A stretch of DNA of 63,884 nt, the filler included, from Octopus bimaculoides (Eukaryota), in the NCBI RefSeq assembly GCF_001194135.2. It is 7 parts of 7 records of this genome, joined end to end, with 100 filler letters (N's around TTAATTAATTAA, not from the genome) between each part and the next. Parts side by side here need not be neighbours in the genome. Positions count along the whole stretch, not along the records: positions 40,242 to 56,104 come from NC_068998.1; positions 56,205 to 60,456 come from NC_069008.1; positions 60,557 to 62,489 come from NC_068983.1; positions 62,590 to 63,884 come from NW_026353524.1; 3 more parts are not named here. One strand, given 5' to 3'. Below the pieces are notes generated by a model that worked only from the letters and a program-made list of their open reading frames with translations, did no database searches and was not told the DNA's origin. Below are positions 51,470 through 63,884 of the stretch, one piece after another (position 1 is the stretch's first letter; every line of letters begins with the position of its first letter). Both the position numbers and the translations under genes were made by a program.

Positions 51470-52544
51470 ACGTGACTTTTTGTGTGTTTTCTCATAATGC
51501 GTACAGAATTTTCTAATTTGCAGAGACGGGAACAATTACTGGATATTTGGTTACCAAGGAACAAGCCCTCGTGGCAGAATATGAGTAGGAGTTTCTTTTA
51601 TCCCACTGAATCTGCCAACAGTTGCCCGATATTTGTAGCGTAATACAATAATATACATTGCCAGAATAAAATATGACCTTATGTCACTTGAGGGAGAAGC
51701 AGTAGGTTAAATATATTTTATAGATTATGAAAATCGCATAAATATAATACATGAAATTGCAACGTAATAAATTGGAAATTTCCCTTACCCCTACCACAGC
51801 CGCGGCTTTTCTACAAATACAGTATACAGAATATATCTTTATCCACTTCTCTATCGGGTGAATATTTGATTTCTTAACTACATTCTTATTTTAAGTAAGT
51901 AGATATAATTTCGTCCTGTTCTTTAAGCTCTTAGTGTACAGACACACGCAAACACACAGATGTACAAACTCACATACACACATATCTACATATAGGAACA
52001 CATGTATATATATACACAAATATCGTTATTGCGTTGCTGTTTTTTCTTCTATCTTTCTCTTTGTTTTTTTTTTTNNNNNNNNNNGGGGGGAATTACACAC
52101 ATATACACACACAAATATGTTCATATGAATATGTTCTTATATTCTTACAATGCACGTTCAGCTTTTCAGGGATGTGTATAGGTACTCATGCGTGCATAAC
52201 TTATTTCAGACCACTATATTGAATTCATGTAATATTATTTCCATCATCTTGTTCATGCACAAAAATAAATATTGTTGTAAGTTATAGTGTCCATTGACAA
52301 AGTGTACTTTTCGTAACTCTTGAACCCTGCTTCTCGTTACACCAGCTGCTGTTTAATCTTCCGTTAGCTTCCATATAATTATGAAATATTACGATCTTCT
52401 AAAATATTACTGGTAATCTTGAATTATTATTAATGAAATATTTATTTAGTCCTGTTTAACCACAAGCTATGGTGTAGTAGAAATTTTCCCTAAGAATATC
52501 TGTATGGCTTTCGCATATTTCATCTGGCTGTATGTGTGTATTTA

Positions 52545-52773
52545 TTCATATGTCTTTACTGTCCACAAAGGGCTACACACAGAGGAGACAAACACGCGCA
52601 GACAAACGGATTAAGTCGATTCTACCGATACCAGTCCGTAACTGGTACTTATTTAATCGACCCCGAAAGGATGAAAGGCAAAGTAGACCTCGGCGGAATT
52701 TGAACGTAGCTGCAGACGAAATACCGCTAAGCATTTCGCCCGGTGAACTAACGCTTCTGCCAGCTCGCTGCCT
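52545..52773 (-). mobile_element. SINE family A
   Basis: CGACCCCGAAAGGATGAAAGGCAAAGTAGACCTCGGCGGAATTTGAAC...CTGCCAGCTCGCTGCCTT. Confidence 0.88.
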
Positions 52774-53890
52774 TTATATGTATTAGTTCAGCTGAGTGAG
52801 TAAGATTCCCTATTCCGAAACAGTGAATTGATCTCTGAAACATCGCAGCAAAGCACCTACATCCCTGTCAGCGCCCGTGGAAAGTATTCAAGACTTTGGC
52901 AATCTGCGATAAATTATTGGCACTAAGTCTCCAGTAACATACTGCGGAATAGACTCAAACATTTCGAACAAACAACACGTGACTCTCCATCAATTACCCG
53001 GGGCAAATGAATCATAGTAGCTCTTAACATAATTATAATGCGAGGATATTATTCAATAACGTGTGATAAGAAATAGGAAGAGAAGAACTTGGATACTTGC
53101 AACAGTAAGATGACAATATTATTGATCAAACTACTGGCTTCACGCAAATTTTCATACAGAAAGTATTTTGCTACTGAACAATTGAGGAATCAGTGATCAG
53201 AGCAAAATAGAAATTGTAGAAAGTCAAAATAAACATTTAGGAAAGAGTGTAATGAACAATCTGCAATTAGAATGCAAGCACTGATAATTGAATGAAAATT
53301 CCAGAATTTAGCAACACATACATCTGTATCAAGATTATTATAAGCATAAAGACATAGCAATTTGAAGTTCACAAAAACAACTGCAACATGGGTAGAAATT
53401 ATAATACACAATGCTACAGGTTTTGATGTCATCCTCCTCATGAAACTTTCCAAACACAGCAAACCGAATTTAAATTAAAATCATATGTAGAATATTTGAA
53501 ATCTTCAACGTATTTTTTCTAGGAACGTTTTTCCACATTAGAAATATTTTATAAAAATGCATTTGAACACAGTACCTGAACATTTGTTTGAACGTTTGTT
53601 TGAACATTTGTTTGAAACTATAGTAATATAATTTGTTTGTATTTAATTCAAAGGAGTTGAATTTATTTCACAGTAATAATAATTTCGCGCCATTCTAATA
53701 TGTTTCAATTTTTATTTTAACAGTTGGAACTGAGAATGACTCGCGTAACATCGATGAAATTTTGTATATGTACTTTTTTCTTTGTTCGTAAGAAACGTTT
53801 AATATCTCTCATAACTGATTTTATGCGTAATATATGATTCCGTTCCCTCTTCTTCGCAATATTCGTGTGTATGTATGAGAGTGTTTGGAA

Positions 53891-53933
<43 letters not shown>

Positions 53934-55152
53934 CCCCAGGACTTATTCCTTGTAAGCCACGTCACTTATTTCTGTTTTGTTTTTTTTTTAGATCATACAC
54001 TCTTAGGTTTTTTATTTCCAGTTTTGTTGTATAATGAAAAAGGAGACACGATCCGAAGTAAAATTTCAAGCTATCATGATTGGACAGATAAAATGCCAAA
54101 CTGAACACAAAACGGATTTAAATATAACCATCTTTTTAAATATATAAAGCTAGGCGAATGTATGGCTGTGTATTTAAGAAGCTTGCTCCTCGTTAACATG
54201 TGTGGGATTGAGAAACACTACGTGCTATCCTGGTTCAGTTTCCTCTACTACATCAAGAGACCGATGAATAAAAATGGAGATGTTGTGAAATGAAAGAAAC
54301 CTATTTGTACACGTGTGACTTTCTCATTGTATAGATTCATAAACCAGCTTACATTTTGTTTGATGGTTCATTGGAATCACTATACTTTAGTGCTTAGGAA
54401 ATATAGACACATATAATGAGTGCCATATTGAAATATATTTGGTGTGCTATACCCATAAACATGTACCGAATTAACGACGACGCTTCAATGAGTGAAATAA
54501 AGAAAACGATAAAAAAATATATGTGTATAGAATAAGTAATAAATTTACAGATGCTGGGACTGAAACGTTATATGGAAGCTATGGATTTATATCCATTACG
54601 TATAATCGACACAAATTACTGCAAGTATGTTAGTGTTCTTTATAAATTACTGCAAGTATGTTAGTGTTCTTTATAAAAAAAAAAATCTTTCATATTTTTT
54701 NNNNNNNNNNACTATACTTTAGTGCTTAGGAAATATAGACACATATAATGAGTGCCATATTGAAATATATTTGGTGTGCTATACCCATAAACATGTACCG
54801 AATTAACGACGACGCTTCAATGAGTGAAATAAAGAAAACGATAAAAAAATATATGTGTATAGAATAAGTAATAAATTTACAGATGCTGGGACTGAAACGT
54901 TATATGGAAGCTATGGATTTATATCCATTACGTATAATCGACACAAATTACTGCAAGTATGTTAGTGTTCTTTATAAATTACTGCAAGTATGTTAGTGTT
55001 CTTTATAAAAAAAAAAATCTTTCATATTTTTTATAATTTGAATTTATAAATGTATATATTTGCCATAAACGAAAAATGCATTATAAATAAACAACGAGTG
55101 ATAAAGGACGTATGCGTATACTGAGTGTAAAACCAATGGGAGACAGAAAGTT

Positions 55153-55275
55153 AGGGTCCCTAATCCCTCACCAGTTATCAACCAAATTTCAGCGAAATAT
55201 TCACTCCTATCATTAATGGTGCAAAACTGAGAATTAACATTTTGGTTGATAACTGATGACGAATGAGGGGCCCTC
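55153..55275. mobile_element. Small MITE-like element with about 33-bp imperfect TIRs
   Basis: AGGGTCCC...CAGTTATCAACCAAA and TTTGGTTGATAACTG...GGGGCCCT. Confidence 0.65.
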
Positions 55276-55393
55276 TGTGTGTGTCTTCCGTTCGGGTGTA
55301 CAATCAGGATAGGTATGTTTCTGTGCGTCGTTTATTTACAATGCATTTTTTCATTTATTTAGCGACGAGTTTTATTAGAAGTACGTTTATATA

Positions 55394-55783
55394 GGCGCAG
55401 GTGTTGCTGTGTGGTAAGTAGCTTGCTTACCGACGACATGGTTCCGGGTTCAGTCCCACTGCCTGGCACCTTGGGCATGTACCTTCTACTATAGTCTCGG
55501 GCTGACCAAAGCCTTGTGAGTGGATTTGGTAGACGTAAACGTAAAGAAGCCCGTTGTCTATATGTATATATATGTGTGTTTGTGTGTCTGTGTTTGTTCC
55601 CCCAACATCGCTTGACAACCGATGGTGGTGTGTTTACGTCCCCGTAACTGAGCGGTTCGGCAAAAAAGCCCGATAGAATAAGTACTAAGCTTACAAAGAA
55701 TAAGTCCTGGGGTTGATTTGCTCGACTAAAGGTGGTGCTCCAGCATGGCCGCAGTCACATGAGTGAAACAAGTAAAAAGAGTA
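55394..55783 (+). mobile_element. Full-length SINE family B
   Basis: GGCGCAGGTGTTGCTGTGTGG (A box), GGTTCAGTCCC (B box), core, internal microsatellite and tail CATGGCCGCAGTCACATGAGTGAAACAAGTAAAAAGAG. Confidence 0.92.
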
Positions 55784-56227
55784 TAGCGAACACGACACAA
55801 TGAAGTAGAGAAATTTGAAAAGACAACACGAAACTGGTTATTTCTCAAAATACAATGTTTATATACCAAAAAGATTTTCTAACATTTTTCTAACATTTTT
55901 CTAACATTTTTCTTACATAATTTAAATATATGCTTTAACCATGTAACACAAGCCTTCTGTAGTTTTTTCACTCTTATTATCTTTTATACATCCAACCACG
56001 TGCTTTCACATACCAACTTTCTCACCTATATATAAATATATACATACATATATATACATATATATATACATATATATTTATTATATTTATCTTATGATAT
56101 TTACNNNNNNNNNNNNNNNNNNNNNNNNNNNNNNNNNNNNNNNNNNNNTTAATTAATTAANNNNNNNNNNNNNNNNNNNNNNNNNNNNNNNNNNNNNNNN
56201 NNNNTGATGATGATGATGATGATGATG

Positions 56228-56438
56228 ATCCTTTCTACTATAGGTACAAGGCCTGAAATGGGGGGGGGTGCCAGTCGATTGGATCAACCCCAGTACACAA
56301 TTGGTACTTAATTTATCGACTCTGAAAGGACGAAAGGCAAAGTTGACCCCAGCAGAATTTGAACTCAGAATGTAAAGGCAGATGAAATACTGCTGAGCGT
56401 TTCACCCGGCACGCTAACGATTCTGCCAGCATGCCACC
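56228..56438 (-). mobile_element. SINE family A
   Basis: CCTTTCTACTATAGGTACAAGGCC...GATTCTGCCAGCATGCCACCTT. Confidence 0.85.
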
Positions 56439-56469
56439 TTATTAATAACAATAATAATAAAAATAATAA

Positions 56470-57060
56470 TACTTGTGGATGGATAGATGTAAGTGTTCTC
56501 ACTGATAAAAATATATCTGTAAAGGAATTTGACAAATTAAATAAATATATAAGGACGTGGAAATTGAAACACAAAAGATATGGTATATTGAAGCAAGAAC
56601 TGTTCCTGTTATTGTAGGTGCCCCACGTATGATAAAAAAAGGGGATATCAGAAACAGCAAGATAACATCCCAGGAGAACCATGTCTCAGAGAAATGCAAA
56701 AGATAGTGCTGACAAATACTGCCCACATCCTTAGAAAACCTTATCAAATTAAATGCCTGTGTTGTATCACATGGAGATATTTTGCTACTGCCCCAACCAC
56801 TTCCTCTCCTCAAGCTTTCAGTCATACTGTAACACCTGTTATCCTTCACTCACCCTAGGATGCAGGGTGTGTCTAAGCAAGTGAATGTGCAGATTAAAAG
56901 TACATAACAATAACAATAATAGTAATGATAATAAGATATAGTTGTCAGAGATCACCAAGAAAGATAATGTCCCCTAATCGATGTATCGTTACCAATAGAT
57001 GACAATGTATCTCTAACAGAAACAAAGAAACTCTCAAATTACAAAGACTAGAAATGCACT
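56470..57060 (+). mobile_element. Two R4/Dong-type RLE-domain fragments, each after an (AAT)-rich tract
   Basis: IDVSVLTDKNISVKEFDKLNKYKDVEIE...VPVIVGA and DIVVRDHQER.CPLIDVSLPIDDNVSLTETKKLSNYKD. Confidence 0.78.
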
Positions 57061-57080
57061 TATTTAGGAATGAGAACCAA

Positions 57081-57126
57081 GACACCTGAAGAAGGCTGGA
57101 GGGTATATCAGCCGAAGCGTTGTGTT
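57081..57126 (+). ncRNA. Minimal type I hammerhead motif with one core substitution (Penelope-like origin likely)
   Basis: GACAC CTGAAGA A GGCTG-GAGGGTATAT-CAGCC GAAG CG TT GTGTT; stems I and II pair fully; GAAG in place of GAAA. Confidence 0.6.
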
Positions 57127-57185
57127 AATAACAAACAAGATGAGGACAAATATCCATCAAATGTAAATAATGTAAATAATTATTT

Positions 57186-57368
57186 ATTTCTTTATTGCCC
57201 ACAAGGGGCTAAACATAGAGGGGACAAACAAGGACAGACAAACGGATTAAGTCGATTAGATCGACCCCAGTGCGTAACTGGTACTTATTTAATCGACCCC
57301 GAAAGGATGAAAGGCAAAGTCGACTTCGGCGGAATTTGAACTCAGAACGTAACGCTAAGCATTTCGCC
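57186..57368 (-). mobile_element. SINE family A, cut by a gap
   Basis: TTTCTTTATTGCCCACAAGGGGCTAAAC...GGAATTTGAACTCAGAACG. Confidence 0.9.
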
Positions 57369-57859
57369 NNNNNNNNNNCGAAAATGTTCCGGGTGGAGCT
57401 TACGACACTCTGTTACTAAACGCCTCATATTCTTACATAATTCATGCCTTATATTGGTAACAAGCCACATAAGCACCAACACCTCACACAATTTGTAAAT
57501 ATATATAGTCTACCCAATTGTATAAAAAAGGTGCCTTCATAAAACATATTTTGTCCAATCACAACCCGACACCTAACACATAACACCGATCACTCAACAC
57601 GTATGAAACATGGTAAAAAAAAAAACACCACTCAAACAAAATAACAGAAGTCACATGGCACAAAGTCAAAACATAAAAAAGACAAAACACTAAAACAATA
57701 TTGGAAGCAGCAAACCAAACCCCCACCAACAACAATACAAAACTTATGTAATGTAAGTGGAGTCAGGTTCAATCCCTCTGCATGGCACCTTGGGCATGTA
57801 AGTGACTTCTACTACAGCTCTCCACCAATCTATGCCATGTCAGTGAATTTTCTAGGTGG

Positions 57860-58381
57860 AAACTGTGTGAAGACCATCATATCCCTTAGGCCCAGACCAT
57901 CACTCAAGAGTCCTACTACGATGTTTTGAAGCATTTGAAGGAGGACATCTGGCGAAAGTGACCGGATCTGTGGAGCGAGAGGAAATGGATCCTTTATGAC
58001 GACAACGCACCCTGTCACTGATCTCTCCTCACTCATGAGTTTCTTGCCAAAGACAACAACATGGCATTGCCTTCCACCCCTGCCCTATTCACCAGAATTA
58101 GCACCTGTAGACTTCTGTCTGTTTGCCCAAGCTGAAAATGCAGCTTGAAGGTCACCATTTTAACACCGTTATCAAGATCCAGAGAGAACTGCAAAAGGTC
58201 CTTGACTCACTTATGGAAAACAACTTCCAGGCCGGATTCCAAAAGTGGCAGGAATGCTGGGAGGACAGGTGTATCACTGTGCAAGGTGACTATTTCGAAG
58301 GAGACGATGTTAAAACTTAGGTGAATAAATTGTTTTTTATTAAACATTATTAGTGTGGGAACTTTTTGGTACCACCTCATA
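57860..58381 (+). mobile_element. 3' half of a mariner (D34D) element with right TIR
   Basis: LYDDNAPCH...PYSPELAPVDFCLF..LKMQLEGHHF...FQKWQECW..CITVQGDYFEGD; end GAACTTTTTGGTACCACCTCATA. Confidence 0.85.
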
Positions 58382-58519
58382 CAGGTAATTCAAAACAATG
58401 TGAATAAATAAGGATTGCATTTGATAGAGTAAGCTGAATGCTGAAGGGTTAGGGTTAGGGAGAGAAGGGAAAGAAAGGAGAAGGTGTAGGGGAATAAGCG
58501 TGAGGGATGTAGTGGCACG

Positions 58520-59007
58520 TTTTGTGAGAAGTATTGGTCATGGTTGTAGTGGTGATGGAAGCAGTGGCAGTAGTGGATATGGTAGTGGTGGTGGTGGTGG
58601 TGGGGTGGGGAGTAGTGTTGTAGTAATGGTAATGATTGTTGTCTTGGTGGTGTTATAATGACGATGGTGGTTGTGGTAGCAAGGGTGGTCATGGAGGCAG
58701 TTGTTGTGGTAGCAGCAGTGACGGTTGTTGATGTTTTAGTAGTAGTAGTGGCAGTGGTTTTGATAGTTGTGATGGTGGTGGTTGTTGTGGTGGTGATAGT
58801 AGTAATAGTACTGGTTGTTGATGTTGAGGTGGTAGTGGTGATGATGGTTGCGGTAGTTGTTTGTGGTGGGGGTGGGCGGTGGGGTTGCGGTAGTGGAGGT
58901 GGGTGGTGGTGATAGGTGAAGATGGTGAATGTTAGCAGTAGCAGAAATGATAATGGTAGTAGTAGTAGTGGTGGTGGTGGTGGTGGTGGTGTTGGTGGTG
59001 GTGGTAT
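58520..59007. repeat. GT-rich cryptic trinucleotide low-complexity field
   Basis: Direct reading (GGT/GTA/GAT units). Confidence 0.9.
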
Positions 59008-59689
59008 NNNNNNNNNNNNNNNNNNNNNNNNNNNNNNNNNNNNNNNNNNNNNNNNNNNNNNNNNNNNNNNNNNNNNNNNNNNNNNNNNNNNNNNNNNNNN
59101 NNNNNNNNNNNNNNNNNNNNNNNNNNNNNNNNNNNNNNNNNNNNNNNNNNNNNNNNNNNNNNNNNNNNNNNNNNNNNNNNNNNNNNNNNNNNNNNNNNNN
59201 NNNNNNNNNNNNNNNNNNNNNNNNNNNNNNNNNNNNTTTAAGACGTTGTGGTGTTATGGTTGTGAGTGAGAAGAAACAGAAGACATGAAAGACAAAGGAA
59301 AAGAAGCAGGGAGTTTATGCCAAGAGTGTGGATGTCTGAAGAGGAAAGAGGAACGAATACTGAATGCATAGGTGTCTGATAAAAAATAAAGGGAGAGGCG
59401 TATAGGGTGTACGGTTTGGGGTAGGTTGTGGGGCTGCTGTTATCGTTTGAAAGACTAGGTCAGTTGTCTTCACTGCCAAAATTAGAAAGTTGCAGTATTC
59501 AGGCTTGAAACTGGGAAATTTGGCTTTCTTTTCTTTGGAAAATTAATTACTAAGAGAAAGATGACAGCTCCCTGGCACTCTTTACTCTTTTCTTCATTGA
59601 GGAGTGTGCAGGAAGGAAGGTCTGACCTTGTTAGCCTCCCACTCTGTTTCAGGGGAGATCATGGGGGTTTTAATTTTTTTATAATTCAA

Positions 59690-59920
59690 TCATTTCTCTT
59701 TTATCTATTTCAGTCATTGGACTGCGGCCATGCTCGGGGGCATGACTCTGAGGAGTTTAATTGAACAAATCAACCAACCCCAGAACTTATTGTTTGCTTT
59801 TCTTTTTTTTTTTTTTAAATGTCTGGTCCCTTTTCCATTGGACTCTTTTGCTGAACCATTAAGTTAGAGGGATGTAAATAAACTAAAACCTGTTGTCATA
59901 GTGGGGGAGAGACAAACACA
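59690..59920 (-). mobile_element. SINE family B, 3' half
   Basis: TTTCAGTCATTGGACTGCGGCCATGCT tail. Confidence 0.75.
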
Positions 59921-60079
59921 CACAAACATACACATATACACATGTTCACAAACATACACATATTCACACACACATACATACACATATACACATATTCACA
60001 CACATACATATACATACATATATACATACATATATACATGCATACATACATGTATACATATGAATATTTATAATAATAC

Positions 60080-60324
60080 AAAATACAGTTATAATTAAGG
60101 ACACAGAGATTTCTATGCCTATATGCTGAAGACAGATGCTAAGTCCATCTAACCACTTCAAAGTATCACTTTATAATTTACATGTATTATAATTTATAAT
60201 TATTATCATTTATAATTATAATTATAATTATAAAGTGATATTTTGAAGTGGTTAGACAGAATTAACATCTATCTTCAGCATATAGGCATAGAAATCTCTG
60301 TGTCCTTAATTATAACTGTATTTT
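60080..60324. repeat. Long near-perfect inverted repeat (about 99-bp arms, AT-only spacer)
   Basis: AAAATACAGTTATAATTAAGGACACAGAGATTTCTATGCCTATATGCTGAAGA (53 bp) is matched perfectly; 6 mismatches over the whole arm by eye. Confidence 0.92.
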
Positions 60325-60567
60325 ATCCTGTCTCTACTCATTACACACAAACTTCTGGACTCACTACCTTTTTTAATTCTGGACTTATTTATTCTGGATT
60401 TTTTTAATTCTGAACTTTACACTCTCCGGCTGCACCTCTCCTACCCACGGATTACANNNNNNNNNNNNNNNNNNNNNNNNNNNNNNNNNNNNNNNNNNNN
60501 TTAATTAATTAANNNNNNNNNNNNNNNNNNNNNNNNNNNNNNNNNNNNNNNNNNNNTATATATATAT

Positions 60568-60730
60568 ACGACATGCTTCTTTCAGTCTGCGTCTACCAAA
60601 TCCACTCACAAGGCTTTGGTGGGCTTGTGGCTATAATAGACGAGACTTGCCTTAGGTTCCACGCAGTGGGATTGAACCCTGAACCATGTGGTTTGGAAGC
60701 AAGCAACTTACCACACAGCCACGCTAGCGC
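60568..60730 (-). mobile_element. SINE family B, 5' half
   Basis: AATCCACTCACAAGGCTTTGG...GATTGAACCC...CTTACCACACAGCCAC. Confidence 0.85.
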
Positions 60731-60731
60731 T

Positions 60732-60787
<56 letters not shown>

Positions 60788-60889
60788 TGTGCATACATGA
60801 GGGTGTGTCAGGGTGCGTATGTATGTAAATATGTANNNNNNNNNNCAAGGTGCGTATGTATGTAAATATGTATGTCTAGGTGCGTGTAG

Positions 60890-60947
<58 letters not shown>

Positions 60948-61649
60948 TTCCTGTTTATCCGCAATACTTAAGGTAGTGAAGTACGTTATATTGTGTATTA
61001 CTGAAGTAGATTACAGTTTTGATATTAAAACTTAGAACAGTCTGATCACATCCAAACCAAACGCTAAAAGCTGTTTAATCAGAAATGTGAACTAACATCT
61101 TTACACTTTCATTCCAAATTCGCAATAAGGTGTGAGTTTTTCTCTATTATTAATGTGATATTTTTCGCCATCATACACATGTCATGTTATTTTCTTCTCT
61201 TCAGCTGCCTTCCAGCTAGTTCAAAAGTTCATATTTCTCCCGAGGTAAAAATAATTACTTATAATCCAATTGAAAGCATAGTTAAATTTTGCATATAGAT
61301 AAAGGTTAAATTTCGCATATAGTTAAAGGTTAAATTTTCCATATTGACGTTTGCCTTTTTCTTATCTATAGATATTCGCTGTTCATTACTATAATTAATT
61401 TAATTCTTTTTATATACACCAACAATGTGCTTAGTTTTCAAAAAGTTTGCTTTGACCAACTGTAAATATCTATGTATTATGAACATACTTTTCATCAAAA
61501 TCAAGGAGGTAAATATTTGTGTTAGAATGTGTCTCATACATTTTTGTGAGGTTTCTATAATACATTCTGTTAAAGGCATCTAAATACTACAAGATTTTCC
61601 TTCCCACCTTTATTAAGAAAAGAATAATGTATTTCCTAAGATATTTTTA

Positions 61650-62072
61650 GACGTTGGCGTGGCCGTGTGGTAAGAAGTTTGCTACGCAGCCAAATGGTTG
61701 TGGTTTTAGTCCCACTGCGTAGCACTTTAGGCAAGTGTCTTATACTATTTTCGTGGGCCAACCAAAGCCTGGTGAGTGGATTTAGTAGACAGAAAGTGAA
61801 GGAAGCCTGTCGTATATATATAAAGAGAGACAGACAGAAAGAAAGAAAGACTGACTGATGTGTGTGTCTCATCACCGTTTGGCAACCGGTCTTGGTGTGT
61901 TTACGTTCCCTAGCCTAACGGTTCGGCAAAAGAGAACCGATAGAATAAGTTCCAGGCTTAAAAAATCAATATATATCTAAATAAATATTGCTGTCAATTT
62001 ATTCAGTTAAAATTGTTCAAGGTGCTACTCCAGCATAGCTGCAATCTTATAACTGAAACAAGTAAAAGAAGA
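61650..62072 (+). mobile_element. Full-length diverged SINE family B
   Basis: TGGCCGTGTGGTAAGAAG head, CCAAAGCCTGGTGAGTGGATTT core, CTGAAACAAGTAAAAG tail. Confidence 0.85.
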
Positions 62073-62457
62073 TAACAGATTGCATTCTTAATAATTAATA
62101 AATTGGATTATAGTATATTACTTATGTTTGTCGGAATTATGCATTATTAAGTGTTATATCATGTTTTAATGACAATATACATTTATAAGGGGCAAACACC
62201 CTGAAACTAGTCTGTAGGTGTCAGACCAGCAAAGGGAAGCGGCTGACCTCCTCTGTTCGAAGGTTATAATGGACACAGATTCGTGTATCACATAGGTAGC
62301 TAGAGGCGATGGCCTCTTGGAGCTAATCAACGGCAGCATTTGTCCAATTTTTGGGACTGCCATGTTGGCTTGGCGATAACTATTAATATCCAGTACCGCT
62401 GCCGTAGTCTCCTTTAGAGAGACTTAGAAATATTAATATGCGTGTGTGTGTGTGTGT

Positions 62458-62489
<32 letters not shown>

Positions 62490-63884
62490 NNNNNNNNNNN
62501 NNNNNNNNNNNNNNNNNNNNNNNNNNNNNNNNNTTAATTAATTAANNNNNNNNNNNNNNNNNNNNNNNNNNNNNNNNNNNNNNNNNNNNGTAAGGCAACT
62601 ATAGTAGTAGTTGAATAATATTCTTAAGGCCACAATTTACTCACACGCAGCATCTTTCAGAACTTGTCGATAATTCAGTTTTTAACCAAATTGAAAACTG
62701 CTAACATTTTTGAAGAGGGCTGGTCCCTAGCTACATTTCGGAATAGAAAATTGAGAGTTGATCTTATAGAAAAACGCTTACCTCAAAATTTTTTAGCAAC
62801 GTTATAGAAGAGTAAGTAACGCCACCAATCAAGTTTAGATCTAAATAACTTTTTTTTATTTTAAAAGCAAAATATATTCATTTGAGCTTCAATGACAAAA
62901 GAAAGCATGAAACATTTTATAGTTTTGTTGCCATGCAAAAAAAATTTGTATAAAAAAAGTTATGAAGTAAAATATCATGAAAAAGTTATAAGTAAGGCAA
63001 AAAATTGGATTTAAATATATTTAACTTTATTATTTTAAAAACAAACTATATTAATGATAGATCTCAATTTAGGGAATTTCGCGGTATCAATCTCATGCAA
63101 TGAAGTTTTCAAAGAAAAAGATATGAGAGTTTGCTTCTCAAATTTGAGGGTGATAATATAGTTCTATACATTTTTATGGATATAGTTCTATAGGGGGACT
63201 TTTATATATGTCACCGGCGTCATTGAGGTAAGGAAAAGATTATCAACGACACCACTAATTGACATATTATTAATTAGCATAATAGCATAGCCTGGAAAAA
63301 AACATGGATTACATGGAAAAACGCGAGCAAGAGAAATAATATTCTTAAGATTATAAACCTGGAAAAGTACAGGACAAGTTATCACATCTGGTAAAGTACA
63401 GAACAAGAAGTTTTTTACTTAAAATATTGCAGCTAAAATTAAAATTTGAATATTGAAAATGATTTGATTTTAATTTACAAAGTAGCATTATAATTTAAAA
63501 AAAGGTACCATCATTTTGTTAAAATATTGACACACTAAAATACTTAGAAAATGAGAGCCAGGAGTGCCAAAATAGCTAAAGTTTTATGCAAAGTAGAATA
63601 GTATATATGGTAGGCAAATTTATTATGTAAAAAATAGGCATTGGGTCAAGACTATAAATGTGAAGACTTGGCAATAACTCGAGCAAATTTTACTGTGAAT
63701 TTATTGTTATAGGTAGATTTTACTGTAATATGTAACGTATTTTTGTATTATTCTATCTATTGTATTATCTTATTATGTACTACTATTATTTTTGATAACT
63801 TATTTTTAAATTTCTGATGATTAATTAATAGATTTAGATAAGGAAATAATTTTATTCTCAAACGCAGGATAATGCTAATAATAT

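Noticed and set aside
53350-53475. IIIHNATGFDVILL as a Polinton DNA polymerase B Exo II motif
   Set aside because: Short frame bounded by stops, with no other polymerase motifs nearby
54379-55032. Exact 320-bp tandem duplication, plus similar echoes at 47460-47575, 49880-50706 and 60810-60875
   Set aside because: Each straddles a short N gap and is essentially identical, typical of unmerged contig overlaps
55394-55470. SINE heads as tRNA genes
   Set aside because: A and B boxes are present, but there is no complete cloverleaf and they run into SINE cores
62170-62420. GC-richer island as a coding exon
   Set aside because: The frames examined contain stops and no recognisable motif

Overview
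AT-rich, microsatellite-dense eukaryotic scaffold with many N gaps. The SINE families point to an octopus (cephalopod) genome; this is an inference. I recognise no host protein-coding gene, rRNA, true tRNA or CRISPR array, and almost all long ORFs in the track are microsatellite or N-run artefacts. The window is mostly decayed transposons: two tRNA-headed SINE families (about 20 copies, two of them TSD-flanked dimers), many R4/Dong-type RLE LINE fragments next to (TAA)n tracts, a CR1 3' end, a Penelope-like RT, five Tc1/mariner remnants (one DD37D), a hAT/Buster remnant and several MITE or fold-back elements. The most unusual signal is a set of hammerhead-ribozyme-like motifs. Besides minimal type I motifs (10.7, 22.7, 57.1 kb), a repeat family carries all three hammerhead strands in a non-circularly permuted order, (stem III'-NUH-stem I')(stem II'-GAAA-stem III)(stem I-CUGAUGA-stem II), at 9.3/9.8 kb. 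A second diverged copy at 38.5 kb shows a compensatory stem I change and begins exactly at the predicted cleavage site. All structures and translations were read by eye and need computational and biochemical confirmation.
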